A stretch of DNA of 64,000 nucleotides from Camelus dromedarius (GCF_036321535.1 NC_087437.1:31684001-31748000); one strand, 5' to 3'. Shown: positions 51,865 to 64,000, counted from the first letter of the stretch. Translations and numbers: made by a program. Notes: generated by a model not told the origin, from the letters alone.

Positions 51865-52500
51865 AAATTTCATTCATTCTTTCAATAGTTATTTTTTGAG
51901 CACCTTTCTTGTCTCAGACACTATGAATATAAAAGATAAGATTCTTGTTCTCATGAAACTTACATTCTAGTTAGTTTACATTAAATGAGTATAATGCACT
52001 TAGAATATAGTGCCTGGCACATAGTAAATACTCAACACTTATCTGTGATGATGATGATGTGAGACATGTATATAAATGCTACTCAAAGCTATGAGACTAA
52101 GTGAGATACTAGGGAGAAAATGCAGGTAGAGAAAAGGGCTAAGGGCTGAACCTCTGGTGCTTCCTAATATTTAGAGTATATATAAGAATGAGAATCATCA
52201 ATAGAGACCGAGAAATATCAATAGAGACCGAGAAATATCAATAGAGACCGAGAAACAATAACCAATGCAATAGTGAATGAGGAAGGTGGAAACAAGATAC
52301 TACAGTGTAAAGCAAACAATAGGAGTGTTTCAAAGAAAAAGTGAACAATGTGTCAGATGCTACTGAAAATCTGCATTAGATAAGAACTGAGAATTAAATT
52401 TTGGAATTGTTAATATAGAAAGTCATTCATAATCTTGAAAAGTGTTATTTCTGTGGAGAATGAAGAAGAAGGCTCCACTGAAGTGGATAGAAAAGATATT
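51865..52500 (-). mobile_element. L2 3' region with an embedded MIR-like piece (about 51980-52060)
   Basis: ttcattcattctttcaatagttattttttgagcacc...tcatgaaacttacattctag; tgtgtcagatgctactga. Confidence 0.65.
52197..52255. repeat. 20-bp tandem repeat, three copies (atcaatagagaccgagaaat)
   Basis: Copies start at 52197, 52217 and 52237 and are identical except at the final base of copy 3. Confidence 0.96.
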
Positions 52501-52859
52501 GGGGGAAAGGCAAATCATAAAAAGAGAACTATGAATGACTGAGAAGTATAAAATGAGATGATTATCTTCAGTAGTGAGCAGATAACTGCAATCTAAACCA
52601 ACAATGAAACACTACCTTTGCACCCTGTGGATTGATTAAAAAAAAAAAAAAAACTTAAATAGCCTCTTCTAGTGAGTGTTGGGAAAGCAAGAACCTTCAT
52701 CTAGTGAGCTGGGAGTGTAAGCTGGTGCCTCCATCCTAGTAATCATTTGGCATTTTTAAAGTATGTGTTTGCCTGTGACCTCGTGAGTTTGCTCCAGGAA
52801 CACACTGAAAAAAAACTCCCCTATAAGCAGACAAGAAGATGGATAAGAAGCTTTATAAA

Positions 52860-55800
52860 TTTTATTTATTTATTTATTTTTAACTTAAGTATAGTTGACT
52901 TAGCATATTATATCAGCTTTAGGTGTACAACATAATGATTCAATATTTTTATAGAATATACTCCATTTAAAGTTATAAAATATTGACTGTGTTCCCTGTG
53001 GTGTATCTTATTTCCATCCTTGTATCCTGTTTATTTTGTACTAGTAGTTTGTACCTTTTGATCCCCTTCTCCCATCTTGCCCCTCCCCACACACTTCTCC
53101 CAACTGGTAACCACCAGTTTGTTCTCTGTATCTGAGTCTGTTTCTGTTTTGTTACATTTGTTCATTTGCTTTATTTTTTTAGATTCTACAAGTAAGTAAA
53201 CACAGTATTTGTCTTTCTCTGTCTGACTTATTTCACTGAGCATAATACCCTCCAGATCCATCCATGCTGATGCAAATGGCAAAATTTCATTCTTTTTATG
53301 GCTGAGTACTATTCCACTATATATATTTTATTATATATAATTTTATATATATATGTATATACACACACACACCCCACTTCTTTATACATTCGTCTGTTAA
53401 TGGGCACTTAGGTTGCTTCTATATCTTAGCTATTGTAAGTGATGCTGCTATGAACATTAGAGTATATAATTTTTCAAATTACTGTTTTGTTTTCTTTGGA
53501 TTTATTCCAGGAGTGAAATTGCTGGATCATATGGTAGTTATATTTTTCATTCAAGGAACCTCATACTGTTTTCCATAGAGGCTGCACCAGTTTACATTTC
53601 CACCAGCAGTGCACAAGGGTTCCCTTCTCTCCACATCCTCCTCAATACTTAATATGTGTTGTCTTTTTACAACAGCCATACTAACAGGTGTGAGGTGATA
53701 TCTCATTTGTTTTAATTTGCATTTCCCTGGTAACTAGTGATGTTGAACATCTTTTCATATGACTTTTAGCTATCTATATGTCTTCTTTAGAAAAATGCCT
53801 ATTCAGGCCTTCTGCCCATTTTTTAATCAGGTTGTTTCTTTGGCATTACGTTGTATGAACTTTTTGTATGTTTTAGAAATTAACCCCTTATCAGATATAT
53901 TATTTGCAAATATTTCTTTCATTCAGTAGGTAGGTCAGCTTTTCATTTTGTTGATTATTTCCTTTGCTGTACAAAAGCTTTTAAGTTTGATTATGTTCCA
54001 TTTGTTTATTTTTGCTTTTGTTTCCTTTGCCTGAGGAGACAAAAAATCTCTAAGACCTATATCAGAGAGTATACTGCCTATGTTTTCTTCTAGGAGTTAT
54101 ATGGTTTCTGGTCTTACATTTAGGTCTTCAGTCCATTTTTTAGTTTATTTTTGTATATGGTGTTAGAGAATGTTCTACTTTCATTATTTTACCTATAGGT
54201 GTCCAGTTTTCCCAATACTACTGACTGAAGAGACTGTCTTTTCCCCATTGTATATTTTTTCCTCCTTTGTCACACAGTAAATTTCCATATATGCATGGGT
54301 TTATTTCTGGGCTCTCTATTCAGTTCCATTGTCTATGGGTCTTGTTTTTGTGCCAGTACCATACTGTTTTGATTACTGTAGCTTCATAGTATATTCTGAA
54401 GTCAAGGATCATGGTATCTCCGGCTTTGTTCTTTTTTCTCAACACTTCTTTGGCTATTCGGGGTCTTTTGTAATTACATACAAATTTTAGGATTATTTGT
54501 TTCCTTTCTGTGAAAAATGTGGGTATTTTGATAGGGATTACATTAAATCTGTAGATTTCTTTGAGTAGTATGGACATTTTAACAATATTAATTTTTCCAA
54601 TCCATGAACACAGGATAGTATTCCAATTATTTTATCATCTTCAGTATCCATCAACAGTGTCTTATAGTTTGCAGAGTATTGGTATTTCATCTCCTTGGTT
54701 AAATTTATTCCTCGGTATTTCATTCTTTTTGAGGCAATTGTAAATGGGATTCTTAAAATTTTTATCTTTCTGCTAGTTCATTATTAGTCTATAGGAAAGC
54801 AACAAATTACTGTATATTAATCTTGTATTCTGCAACTTTACTGATTTCATTTATTAGTTCTAATAGTTTTTTGGTGGCTACTTTAGGGTTTTCTGTGTAT
54901 AGTATCATGTCATCTGCAAATAGTGACAATTTTACTTCTTTTCCAATTTGGATTCCTTTTATTTATGTTTTTATTGTGTGATTGCTGTGGCTAGAACTTC
55001 CAATACCGTGTTAATTAGGAATGGTGAGAGTGAGCATCTTTGTCTGTTCCTTATCTTAGAGGAAAAGCTTTCAGCTTTTCACCATTATGCATGATATTAG
55101 CTTGAGTTTTTCATAAATGGCCTTTATTTTGTTGAGATATGTCCCCTCTATATCAACTGTAATGAGAATTTTATCATGAATCAATGTCGTATTTTGTCAG
55201 ATGATTTTTCTGCATCTATTGAGATGATCATGTCACTTTTGTCCTTTATGTTGATGTGGTATATCACATTGATTAGTTTGTGGATATTGAATCATGCTTG
55301 CAACCCTGGGTTAAATCCCACTTGATCATGGTATGTAATCCTTTTTATGTACTGTTGAATTCAGTTAGCTAATACTTTTTTGAGGACTTTTACATCTATA
55401 GTCATTGGAAATATTGGCCTATAATTTTCTTTCTTTCTTTCTTTCTTCCTTTCTTCCTTTCTTTCCTTTTTTTTTTTTTTTGTGTGTGTGTTTTTGTCTG
55501 GTTTTGGTATCAGGGTAATGGTGGCCTTATAGAATGAGTTTGGGAGATTTCCCTCCTCCTCAATCTTTTGGAATAGTTTGAGAAGGACAGATTTTTTTTT
55601 AACATTTTTTATTGATTTATAATCATTTTACAATGTTGTGTCAAATTCCAGTGTTCAGCACAATTTTTCAGTCATACATGGACATATACACACTCATTGT
55701 CACATTTTTTTCTCTGTGAGATACCATAACATTTCGTGTATATTTCCCTGTGCTATACAGTATAATCTTGTTTATCCATTCTACAATTCTGAAATCCCAG

Positions 55801-58800
55801 TCTATCTCTTCCCACCCTCCGCCCCCCTGGCAACCACAAGTCTGTATTCTCTGTCTATGAGTCTATTTCTGTCCTGTATTAATGCTTTGTTTTTGTTTGT
55901 TTGTTTGTTTTTGTTTTTGTTTTTTAGATTCTACATACGAGCGATCTCATATGGTATTTTTCTTTCTCTTTCTGGCTTACTTCACTTAGAATGACATTCT
56001 CCAGGAGCATCCATGTTGCTGCAAATGGCATTATGTTGTCGGTTTTTATGGCTGAGTAGTATTCCATTGTATAAATATACCACCTCTTCTTTATCCAGTC
56101 ACCTGTTGATGGACATTTAGGCTGTTTCCATGTTTTGGCTATTGTAAATAGTGCTGCTATGAACACTGGGGTGCAGGTGTCATCCTGAAGTAGGGTTCCT
56201 TCTGGATACAAGCCCAGGAGTGGGATTCCTGGGTCATATGGTAAGTCTATTCCTAGTCTTTTGAGGAATCTCCACACTGTTTTCCATAGTGGCTGCACCA
56301 AACTGCATTCCCACCAGCAGTGTAGGAGGGTTCCCCTTTCTCCACAGCCTCTCCAGCATTTGTCATTTGTGGATTTTTGAATGACGGCCATTCTGACTGG
56401 TGTGAGGTGATACCTCATTGTAGTTTTGATTTGCATTTCTCTGATAATTAGTGATATGGAGCATTTTTTCATGTGCCTTTTGATCATTTGTATGTCTTCC
56501 TTGGAGAATTGCTTGTTTAGGTCTTCTGCCCATTTTTGGATTGGGTTGTTTATTTTTTTCTTATTGAGTCATATGAGCTGCTTATATATTCTGGAGATCA
56601 AGCCTTTGTTGGTTTCATTTGCAAAAATTTTCTCCCATTCTGTAGGTTGTCTTCTTGTTTTACTTATGGTTTCCTTTGCTGTGCAGAAGCTTGTAAGTTT
56701 CATTAGGTCCCATTTGTTTATTCTTGCTTTTATTTCTTCTAGGAGAAAATTTTTGAAATGTATGTCAGATAATGTTTTGCCTATGTTTTCCTCTAGGAGG
56801 TTTATTGTATCTTGTCTTATGTTTAAGTCTTTGATCCATTTTGAGTTGATTTTTGTATATGGTGTAAGGGAGTGTTCTAGCTTCATTGTTTTACATGCTC
56901 CTGTCCAGTTTTCCCAACACCATTTGCTGAAGAGACTGTCTTTATTCCATTGTATATTCTTGCCTCCTTTGTCGAAGATTAGTTGACCAAAAGTTTGTGG
57001 GTTCATTTCTGGGCTCTCTATTCTGTTCCAAGGTCTGTATGTCTGTTTTTGTACAAATACCATGCTGTCTTGATGACTGTAGCTCTATAACATTGTCTGA
57101 AGTCTGGGAGAGTTATTCCTCCAGCCTCTTTCTTTCTCTTCAGTAATGCTTTGGCAATTCTAGGTCTTTGATGGTTCCATATAAATTTTATTATGATTTG
57201 TTCTAGTTCTATGAAATATGTCCTGGGTAATTTGATAGAGATTGCATTAAATCTGTAGATTGTCTTGGGCAGTGTGACCATTTTAACAATATTGATTCTT
57301 CCAATCCAAGAGCATGGGATATCTTTCCATTTTTTAAATTCTTCTTTAATTTCCTTCATCAATGGTTTATAGTTTTCTGTGTATAATTCTTTCACCTCCT
57401 TGGTTAGATTTATTCCCAGATATTTTATTACTTTGGGTGCTGTTTTAAAGGGGATTGTTTCTTTACTTTCTTTTTCTGTTGATTCATCGTTAGTGTAAAG
57501 AAATGCAACTGATTTTTGAACGTTAATCTTGTAACCTGCTACCTTGCTGAATTCTTCGATCAGCTCTAGTAGTTTTTGTGTGGACCTTTTAGGGTTTTCT
57601 ATATATAGTAACATGTCATCAACATATAGTGACACTTTTACCTCTTCTTTTCCAATTTGGATCCCTTTTATTTCTCTCTCTTGCCTGATTGCTGTGGCTA
57701 GGACTTCCAGGACTATGTTGAATAGGAGTGGTGATGGTGGGCATCCTTGTCTTGTCCCAGATTTTAGTGGGAAACTTTTGAGTTTTTCACTGTTGAATAC
57801 TATGCTGGCTGTAGGTTTGTCATATATAGCTTTTATTATGTTGAGATATGTTCCCTCTATACCCACTTTGGTGAGAGTTTTTATCATAAATGGGTGTTGA
57901 ATTTTGTCAAATGCTTTTTCTTCATCGATTGAGATGATCATGTGGTTTTTGTCCTTTCTCTTGTTGATGTGATGTATTACATTGATTGATTTGCATATGT
58001 TGAACCACCCTTGTGTCCCTGGGATGAACCCCACTTGGTCATGATGTATAATCTTTTTTATGTGTTGTTGGATTCTATTTGCTAAAATTTTGGTGAGGAT
58101 TTTGGCGTCTATGTTCATCAGTGATATTGGCCTATAATTCTCTTTTTTTGTAGTGTCTTTGCCTGGTTTTGGTATCAGGGTGATGGTGGCTTCATAGAAT
58201 GAGTTTGGGAGTATTCCCTCCTTTTCAATCATCTGGAAGAGTTTGAGAAGGACTGGTATGAGTTCTTCTTTGTATGTTTGGTAGAATTCCCCAGTGAAGC
58301 CGTCCAGTCGTGGACTTTTATTTGTAGGGAGGTTTTTAATTGCTATTTCTATTTCCTTTCTAGTGATCAGATTGTTCAAGTGGTCAGTTTCTTCTTGATT
58401 CAGTCTTGGTGGACAGTATGTTTCCAGAAACTTGTCCATCTCCTCTAGGTTATCCAGTTTGGTTCCATATAGTTTTTCATAAGAGAAGGACAGATATTAA
58501 CTCCTCTTTATATATTTAGTAGAATTCCTTATGAAGCTGTCTGGTCATGGAGTTGTTTCCTGGAAGCTTTTTGATTACTTATTAAGTTTCAATACTAGTA
58601 ATAGGTCTGTTCAGATTATTTCTTCCTGATTCAGTCTTGGAAGATTGTACGTTTCTGGGAATTTATCCATTTCTTCCAGGTTGCCCAATTTGTTGGATAT
58701 AACTGTTTGTAGTCTTCTCTTTTGATTGTAATTCTGCAATATAGGTTGTAACTACTCTTTCATTTCTAATTTTACTTGGGTCATCTCTCTTTTTTTTCTC

Positions 58801-60442
58801 AATGAACTTGGCTAAAGGCTTATCAGTTTTGTTTATCTTTCAAAAAACAGATCTTGTGTTCATCGATCTTCTATTTTTGTCTCTTTCATTTATTTCCATT
58901 CTGATCATTATTTCCTTTTTTCTGCAGACTGTGGGTTTTATTTGTTCTTCTTTTCTAATTCCTTTAAATGGTGGATTAGGCTGCTTATTTGAGATTTGCC
59001 TTGTGTCTTGAAATAGGCCTGTGTTGCTATAAACTTTTCTCTTAGAACTGCTTTTGCTACATCACCTAAATTTTGGAAAGTTATGTCTTTATTTTCATTT
59101 GTCTTAAGTATTTTCTGATTTCCTCTTTGATTTCTTTGTTGACTTTAGTTTCTTAGTAGCATGTTGTTTAGTCTCCACTTGTTTATGTTTTTTCAATTTT
59201 TCTTCCTGTTCCTTATTTCTAGTTTCATACTGTTGTGGTCAAATGCTTGATGTAATTTCTGTCTCCTCAAATTTATTTAGATTTGTTTTGTGTCCTAACA
59301 TGTGATCTATCCTGGAGATGTCTTATATACACTTGAAAAGAATGTGCAGTCTGCTGGTTTTGGATGGAATGTCCTATTGATGTCTATTAAGTTCAACTGG
59401 CCTAATGTGCCATTTAAGGGCAGTGTTTCCTTATTGATTTTCTGTCTGGATGATCTGTTCATTGATGTAAGTGGGGTGTTAAAGTCCTGTAGTATTATTG
59501 TTTTGCAGTCAATTTCTCCTTTTGTATCTGTTAATATTTGCTTTATATATATTTAGGTGTTTCTATGTTAGGTGTGTATATGTTTACAAATATTGCATTC
59601 TCTTCTTATATTGTCCTTTTATCATTATATAATACTCTTTTTTGTCTTTTATTGTAGACTTTGTTTTAAAGTCTACTTTATTTGTTATGAGTATTGCTAC
59701 CCAGCTGCCTTGAGGTTTCCGTTTGCATGGAATTATTTTTCTCTGTTTCATTAGGGCTTTTTCCAGGAGTTTTATCTTGTTCTTTCATTTGAAACATATT
59801 CCTCTGTCTTCTCATTCTGTTTAACTTTCTCTGTTTTTCTCTATGGAATTAGATGAACTTCTTACCTACCCTGGTCTCGAATATGTGTCCTTATTTGGGA
59901 ATTTCCCTATGCAGTATGCATGTACTGAGTGGCTTTGCTAGGAGAGATGGATCTGAAGTGAGCACAGGCCAGATCTTCTCCCAGAGTACACTGGCAGCTG
60001 CCTTGGTGGAAGGTAGGGCTGGACTTGGAGGGGTTAGAACCAGAACCAGGCATGAGCCAGGGCTCCTCCTAGGCTCAATGGCAGGCAGTGCCCTATCAGG
60101 GGCAGAGCCAGGGCACAACGGGCTGGAGCAGGATCCCTGAGGGAGCAAGGCTTCTCCTTCATGTGATGGCAGTCTCTGCTTTGGTTGTGGGCATGGCTGT
60201 GGCTCGAGGGATTCAGGCTGGACTTCTGAGCTTGTTCTACTTTTCCCTTGTGTGCATGCCTTGGTTAGAGGCTGGGACAGGGATGAAGGGGCTGAAGCCA
60301 CATTACTAAGCTGCTTCCACTCATTCCCAAGTATGTGCACTTGTGTGCATGCTGGCAATGATAGTATCCACCTTGGCACTGGTTCTGCTCCTGCCCAAGT
60401 GCTCAGGGTGCTTCTACTGTGCCATCTTGATCCCACCTCTGG
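52860..60442 (-). mobile_element. Middle-aged LINE-1 with an intact 5' terminus, an internal ORF1 deletion and a younger L1 inserted in ORF2
   Basis: 3' UTR from 52860; ORF2 peptides [32 protein letters not shown] and KYRGINLTKEMK; resumes after 58495; 5' terminus reads agaggtgggatcaagatggc on the minus strand (60421-60440). Confidence 0.9.
55593..58482 (-). mobile_element. Young 5'-truncated (2.9 kb) lineage-specific LINE-1 covering the ORF2 RT and C-terminal domains
   Basis: ORFs 57018..58439 (473 aa; YRPISL, GTRQGCP, YVDD, KYLGI), 56569..57063 and 55924..56487 ([18 protein letters not shown] zinc knuckle). TSD gagaaggacagat at 55580-55592 and 58483-58495; poly-T tail. Confidence 0.97.
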
Positions 60443-61364
60443 TAAAAAAAAAAAAAAAACTTTTATTGCAGGATAATTTGTGGTGACACTAAGTTGTAAG
60501 CAACCTACATTTTATCACTATTGGACTAGATCAGTGAAACGTGATATGTGCATATAATTAAATATATATCAATCAGAGAGGAATGAATCACATCTATATA
60601 CTACTACATGGGTAAGTCTCAAAAACAATGTAGTAAAAAAAGTAAGAATTAAAATGAGATTTATAGCTTCATACCATTTATGTAGTTTTTAAAAACATCT
60701 GCAAAAAGTACTGTTTTTTCACACATAAGTACAAGTTAGAAGGTATACATTAAATTGACAAATGTGGATACCCTCTAATCAGATATAAATAAATATGTCC
60801 CAATATCTTAAAGCAAAAACAAAATCAACAATCCTCCTTATTACCATATCCTCCTCCCACTGCAATTGAATTTCTCTTCTCCATAGTCACAAGATCAAAT
60901 AGCTTATTTTTACAATTTCAACCTCACCCCCTACCCCCACCAAGTTCTACTCCCCTTGTGTTCTTTTGCACCTTGGGCACAGAGAACTGAGTTGCTTAGA
61001 CTCCTTAGTATAGAACATGCTATCCTTGACCTGTGCAAGCAAGACCCCTCCGTAAACAATATATCTATAAAGTATATCAAACACTGAAAAATACAGAAGA
61101 TAATACAACAAATGTATGTGAATCCATCACCCATATTTTATAAGTTTTAACATCTTGCCATAGTTTTTCTATAGATTATTTTTTTAAAAAACACACAGTT
61201 AAAAACCTTCATTTTTACTCTTCTCCATACAAAAATAACCACTGATAGCACCAGACCCACCTGCAAGAACAAGGTCTTCAGCTGAGAAGTGATGAGATTC
61301 AGGGCAGAAGTCGGGGCGGAGGGAGGAGTAGAGTGGCCTAACTACCACCGCCAGTGGTGAAGCC

Positions 61365-61575
61365 AGTAGTTATGTAATGCTCACTATGTGCCTGGTGCTG
61401 TTCTCTTTACATACATTGTCATTTAATTTCTAGAACAATCCGTTGCTGTAGTAACCATTTTGTAGGTAAGTAAACTAAAATGCCTAAAGTCATTTAGCTA
61501 GTAGGAAGCAGAGCCAGGATTTGAAATTAGACAGTCTGGCTTTAGAGTTCATGCATTCCATCTCTGTGTTATCCT
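61365..61575 (-). mobile_element. MIR SINE
   Basis: tgctcactatgtgcctggtgctgttct...gctagtaggaagcagagccaggatttgaaattagacagtctggct. Confidence 0.8.
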
Positions 61576-63749
61576 GTCTTAGGAGTATATTAAAAGAATG
61601 ATGAGCTTTTGTTTTTCCTTTTCTTCAATTATTTCTACCATTTAAATATATATATATAGCCTACACTTTTTCATTTAAAAATATTCTCCTGAATCTGGAT
61701 CTTTGGGTGCCATTTCTCCTGCCTGCTTGTTCCTCTGTTCTGCTGCTTGAACTTGGAATCATTTTCCTTCATATTGCACTTTGAATCAGATTTAAATTTT
61801 TTTCTGGTGTTTTCTTTATCCAGAAGTTTGAAGCTTGAAATATCTTTGCACTATAAAAGTTTCACTTATTGTTTTCTTAAACATTATACTAACTTAATGT
61901 ACCCTCCGAGTGACTGTAAAGTTTTATATCCTGCTATAAAATAGCTCACTATGAATACCTTTTGTATTTGTATTTTCTAGAAACCTTTTGAAATAACAGC
62001 ATTCTCTTAAATGACTAAATACCCCAAATCTGATGCCTGCGTAATGCTATCCAGCAAGCAGCTGGCTTCATATGAAGAGAGGCTAAGAGCTCCTTTTTGT
62101 CTTGTTCATTTAAAATCATTTCTTCTTATTTAATATCTGCAAAGAACGCAGTCACATTATAGTAGAATTTGCTGTTGTAAATTCTGGATTGTTTCCACGG
62201 GTTCCGCTTTACATCTGCATGGTGTTTAAAGCCAATGCTTCCTTTCTTTTTGTAGGCATTCAGGGCCTTTTGCCTCATAATCCAATGTCATGCTGAATGA
62301 CAGAAAATTGAAGTTGAATTTATTTAACTATAGAGAAGGACTGCACAGAACAATACACTTATTTAAGAACTCCTTGCCTCAGGAACTGAAGGAGCTGTCT
62401 TGTGCAGGTGGCTTAATCTCTCTGCTGCTTTTCCTAACTATGTGCCTTTATTTATTAAGGACAGGAACTGGCCACTCCGCTCCAAGAAACAAAAGGACCC
62501 TACTTGTCCTTCAGAACCAATAGTAAACCAATAGGATGCTTATGCCTCATTCAGAACAGCAAAGATATGTCCTGTGTATATTCAAAATAATTCTTAGCAC
62601 TTCTTGATTAGAGAAAATACAACTAAAAGTTTTTTAAAAGCTATGAAAATATATTAGCCAACTCCTAATTAAACAGTCCAATGGTGGACTGTTTACATTA
62701 TGGTTTATTCACAATGAATCTTTTTTTCTCGATTCTATGTGGTATCTTCTCTCTTTAAGTAAAATGATTTATTTGTTGACATTACTTATATTTTCTGTTT
62801 CTGTTTACTTCACATGACAGCCTCTAGGGGTTTCTGTGTTTTAAAGTAAAACATTTATTTGCTTTCCCTATTTTTACTCAGAGATGCTGTAAATACATAG
62901 TGAATAATCTGAAGGAAGTGGCTTCCCTACTCATTGGATACTGTGATTTAAAGACTATAGTATCCATGTTTATCTTGAAATAGGGAGAAAGGGAAGTTTA
63001 GGTGGGTAGGTAGGGAGAATAATACCGAAAGTATAATAGCTTTTCCTTTCTTGAGTTGGATCATAATTGTGTAGTTTATTTTCCTTTAAATCTAATAAGT
63101 TCTGTGACTGTGATGCATAAGTATATTCAGATATGATACTAAGACTACTTCACAATGCTGTAAAAATGGGTTTGAATTAGCTGCCATTTTACTGTATACT
63201 GTTCTACCAATGATCAGGTAATTGAGAATTAATTGCATAAAATTCACATATCAATTACCAATTTTTGGAGTTTTTTTTAAGATAATCAATTTTTCCTCTT
63301 AACAATAGCTGTATTTAGAAGTTATTACATAGACTTTATCACATGGGCTCAGATCTATGCTTTGTCTAGTTTAAGATTATATCCTGATGAAAGCACCAAG
63401 GGATATTTAATAGGAAGGCATAATTGTTCTCTCTGATGTCAGTTTTATAAAGTCAGTCACAGTGATACCCATACTTGTCTTAATATCTTTCATTAATTAT
63501 AATATATTAATTTTAAAATTTTCAAAAATTAAAATCTAAACCACCTCTTGGAGTTAGACACTACACTAATTTACTACATATTTTATGTAGTAGTAAATAA
63601 TACTTTTCATTTGTTGTAAATATACATCTTTAAAGATTCTGGGATATGCTAGTCACATCTATAGCTGCACTAACCACACTTCCATGGATAAATATCATAT
63701 CTCCTTGTAGCTTTCATATTTTGACAGTCAGCGTAAGAAAGTTAGAAAG

Positions 63750-63950
63750 GTGAAGACTTTGGGGTAAGGCCAGCTTGAGTTTGAATCGCGAGATCACTTT
63801 TAACTAGCTCTGTGATCTTTGACAAGTTAGTTAATTACTCTAATCCTTAGAGTCATCTGGTAAAAATAAAATATGTACCTGTTTTTCATGATAGCTGTGA
63901 CTATAAATTAAACAATATAGGAGAAAGCACTCTGCAGTTTCTGGAATAGT
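63750..63950 (+). mobile_element. MIR SINE
   Basis: gagtttgaatc...actagctctgtgatctttgacaagttagttaattactct. Confidence 0.75.
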
Positions 63951-64000
63951 ACACCATCAACAAACAACTTCTTTCCCTCCTTATTCATCAGAGAATAGGA

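Larger units (their letters stand above)
52540..60790 (+). mobile_element. Ancient plus-strand L1ME-like 3' region split into two halves (about 52540-52855 and 60460-60790)
   Basis: The left half ends ...ggataagaagctttat and the right half resumes ttttattgcaggataatttgtgg...aagcaacctac. Together they rebuild the L1 3' motif caagaatgttcattgcagcattgttt...aaacaacctaaatg. Confidence 0.6.

Noticed and set aside
52197..52255. CRISPR-like array
   Set aside because: Head-to-tail repeats with no spacers, in mammalian DNA.
56426..57900. Plus-strand ORFs of 186 aa and 118 aa
   Set aside because: These are antisense shadows of L1 ORF2, common in young L1 copies.
57018..58439. 473-aa reverse transcriptase ORF as a novel RT system or domesticated gene
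   Set aside because: It is ordinary L1 ORF2 within a 5'-truncated, TSD-flanked insertion lacking a promoter, ORF1 and the endonuclease domain.
59891..60436. 181-aa minus-strand ORF and overlapping small ORFs
   Set aside because: They lie in the GC-richer L1 5' UTR, where stops are rarer; no recognisable protein similarity.

Overview
AT-rich, repeat-dense mammalian genomic DNA, most likely camelid, because it carries two Vic-1-type tRNA-derived SINEs. The window is an internal part of a + strand gene that I recognise from memory as LEKR1. Three GT-AG coding exons (7221-7340, 14933-15108, 30730-30915) splice into one open coiled-coil reading frame. The introns hold LINE-1 copies of many ages, HAL1, L2, MIR, MaLR/ERVL solo LTRs and hAT fossils. 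The most notable item is an intronless, antisense, highly diverged cTAGE5/MIA2-like retrocopy at about 23.6-25.0 kb. It has a 160-aa ORF, and its homologous frame continues 48 codons past a single TAA. It directly abuts an L1 3' end, and a possible shared target-site duplication flanks both. Also present are a three-level nested L1 stack (52.5-60.8 kb), a near-full-length L1 (42.0-48.5 kb), a candidate poison exon and several micro-rearrangements. No database searches were run: family names come from recalled consensus sequences, and the boundaries of old repeats are approximate. I do not see evidence of a wholly new biological system; the mini-cTAGE retrocopy is the best lead.
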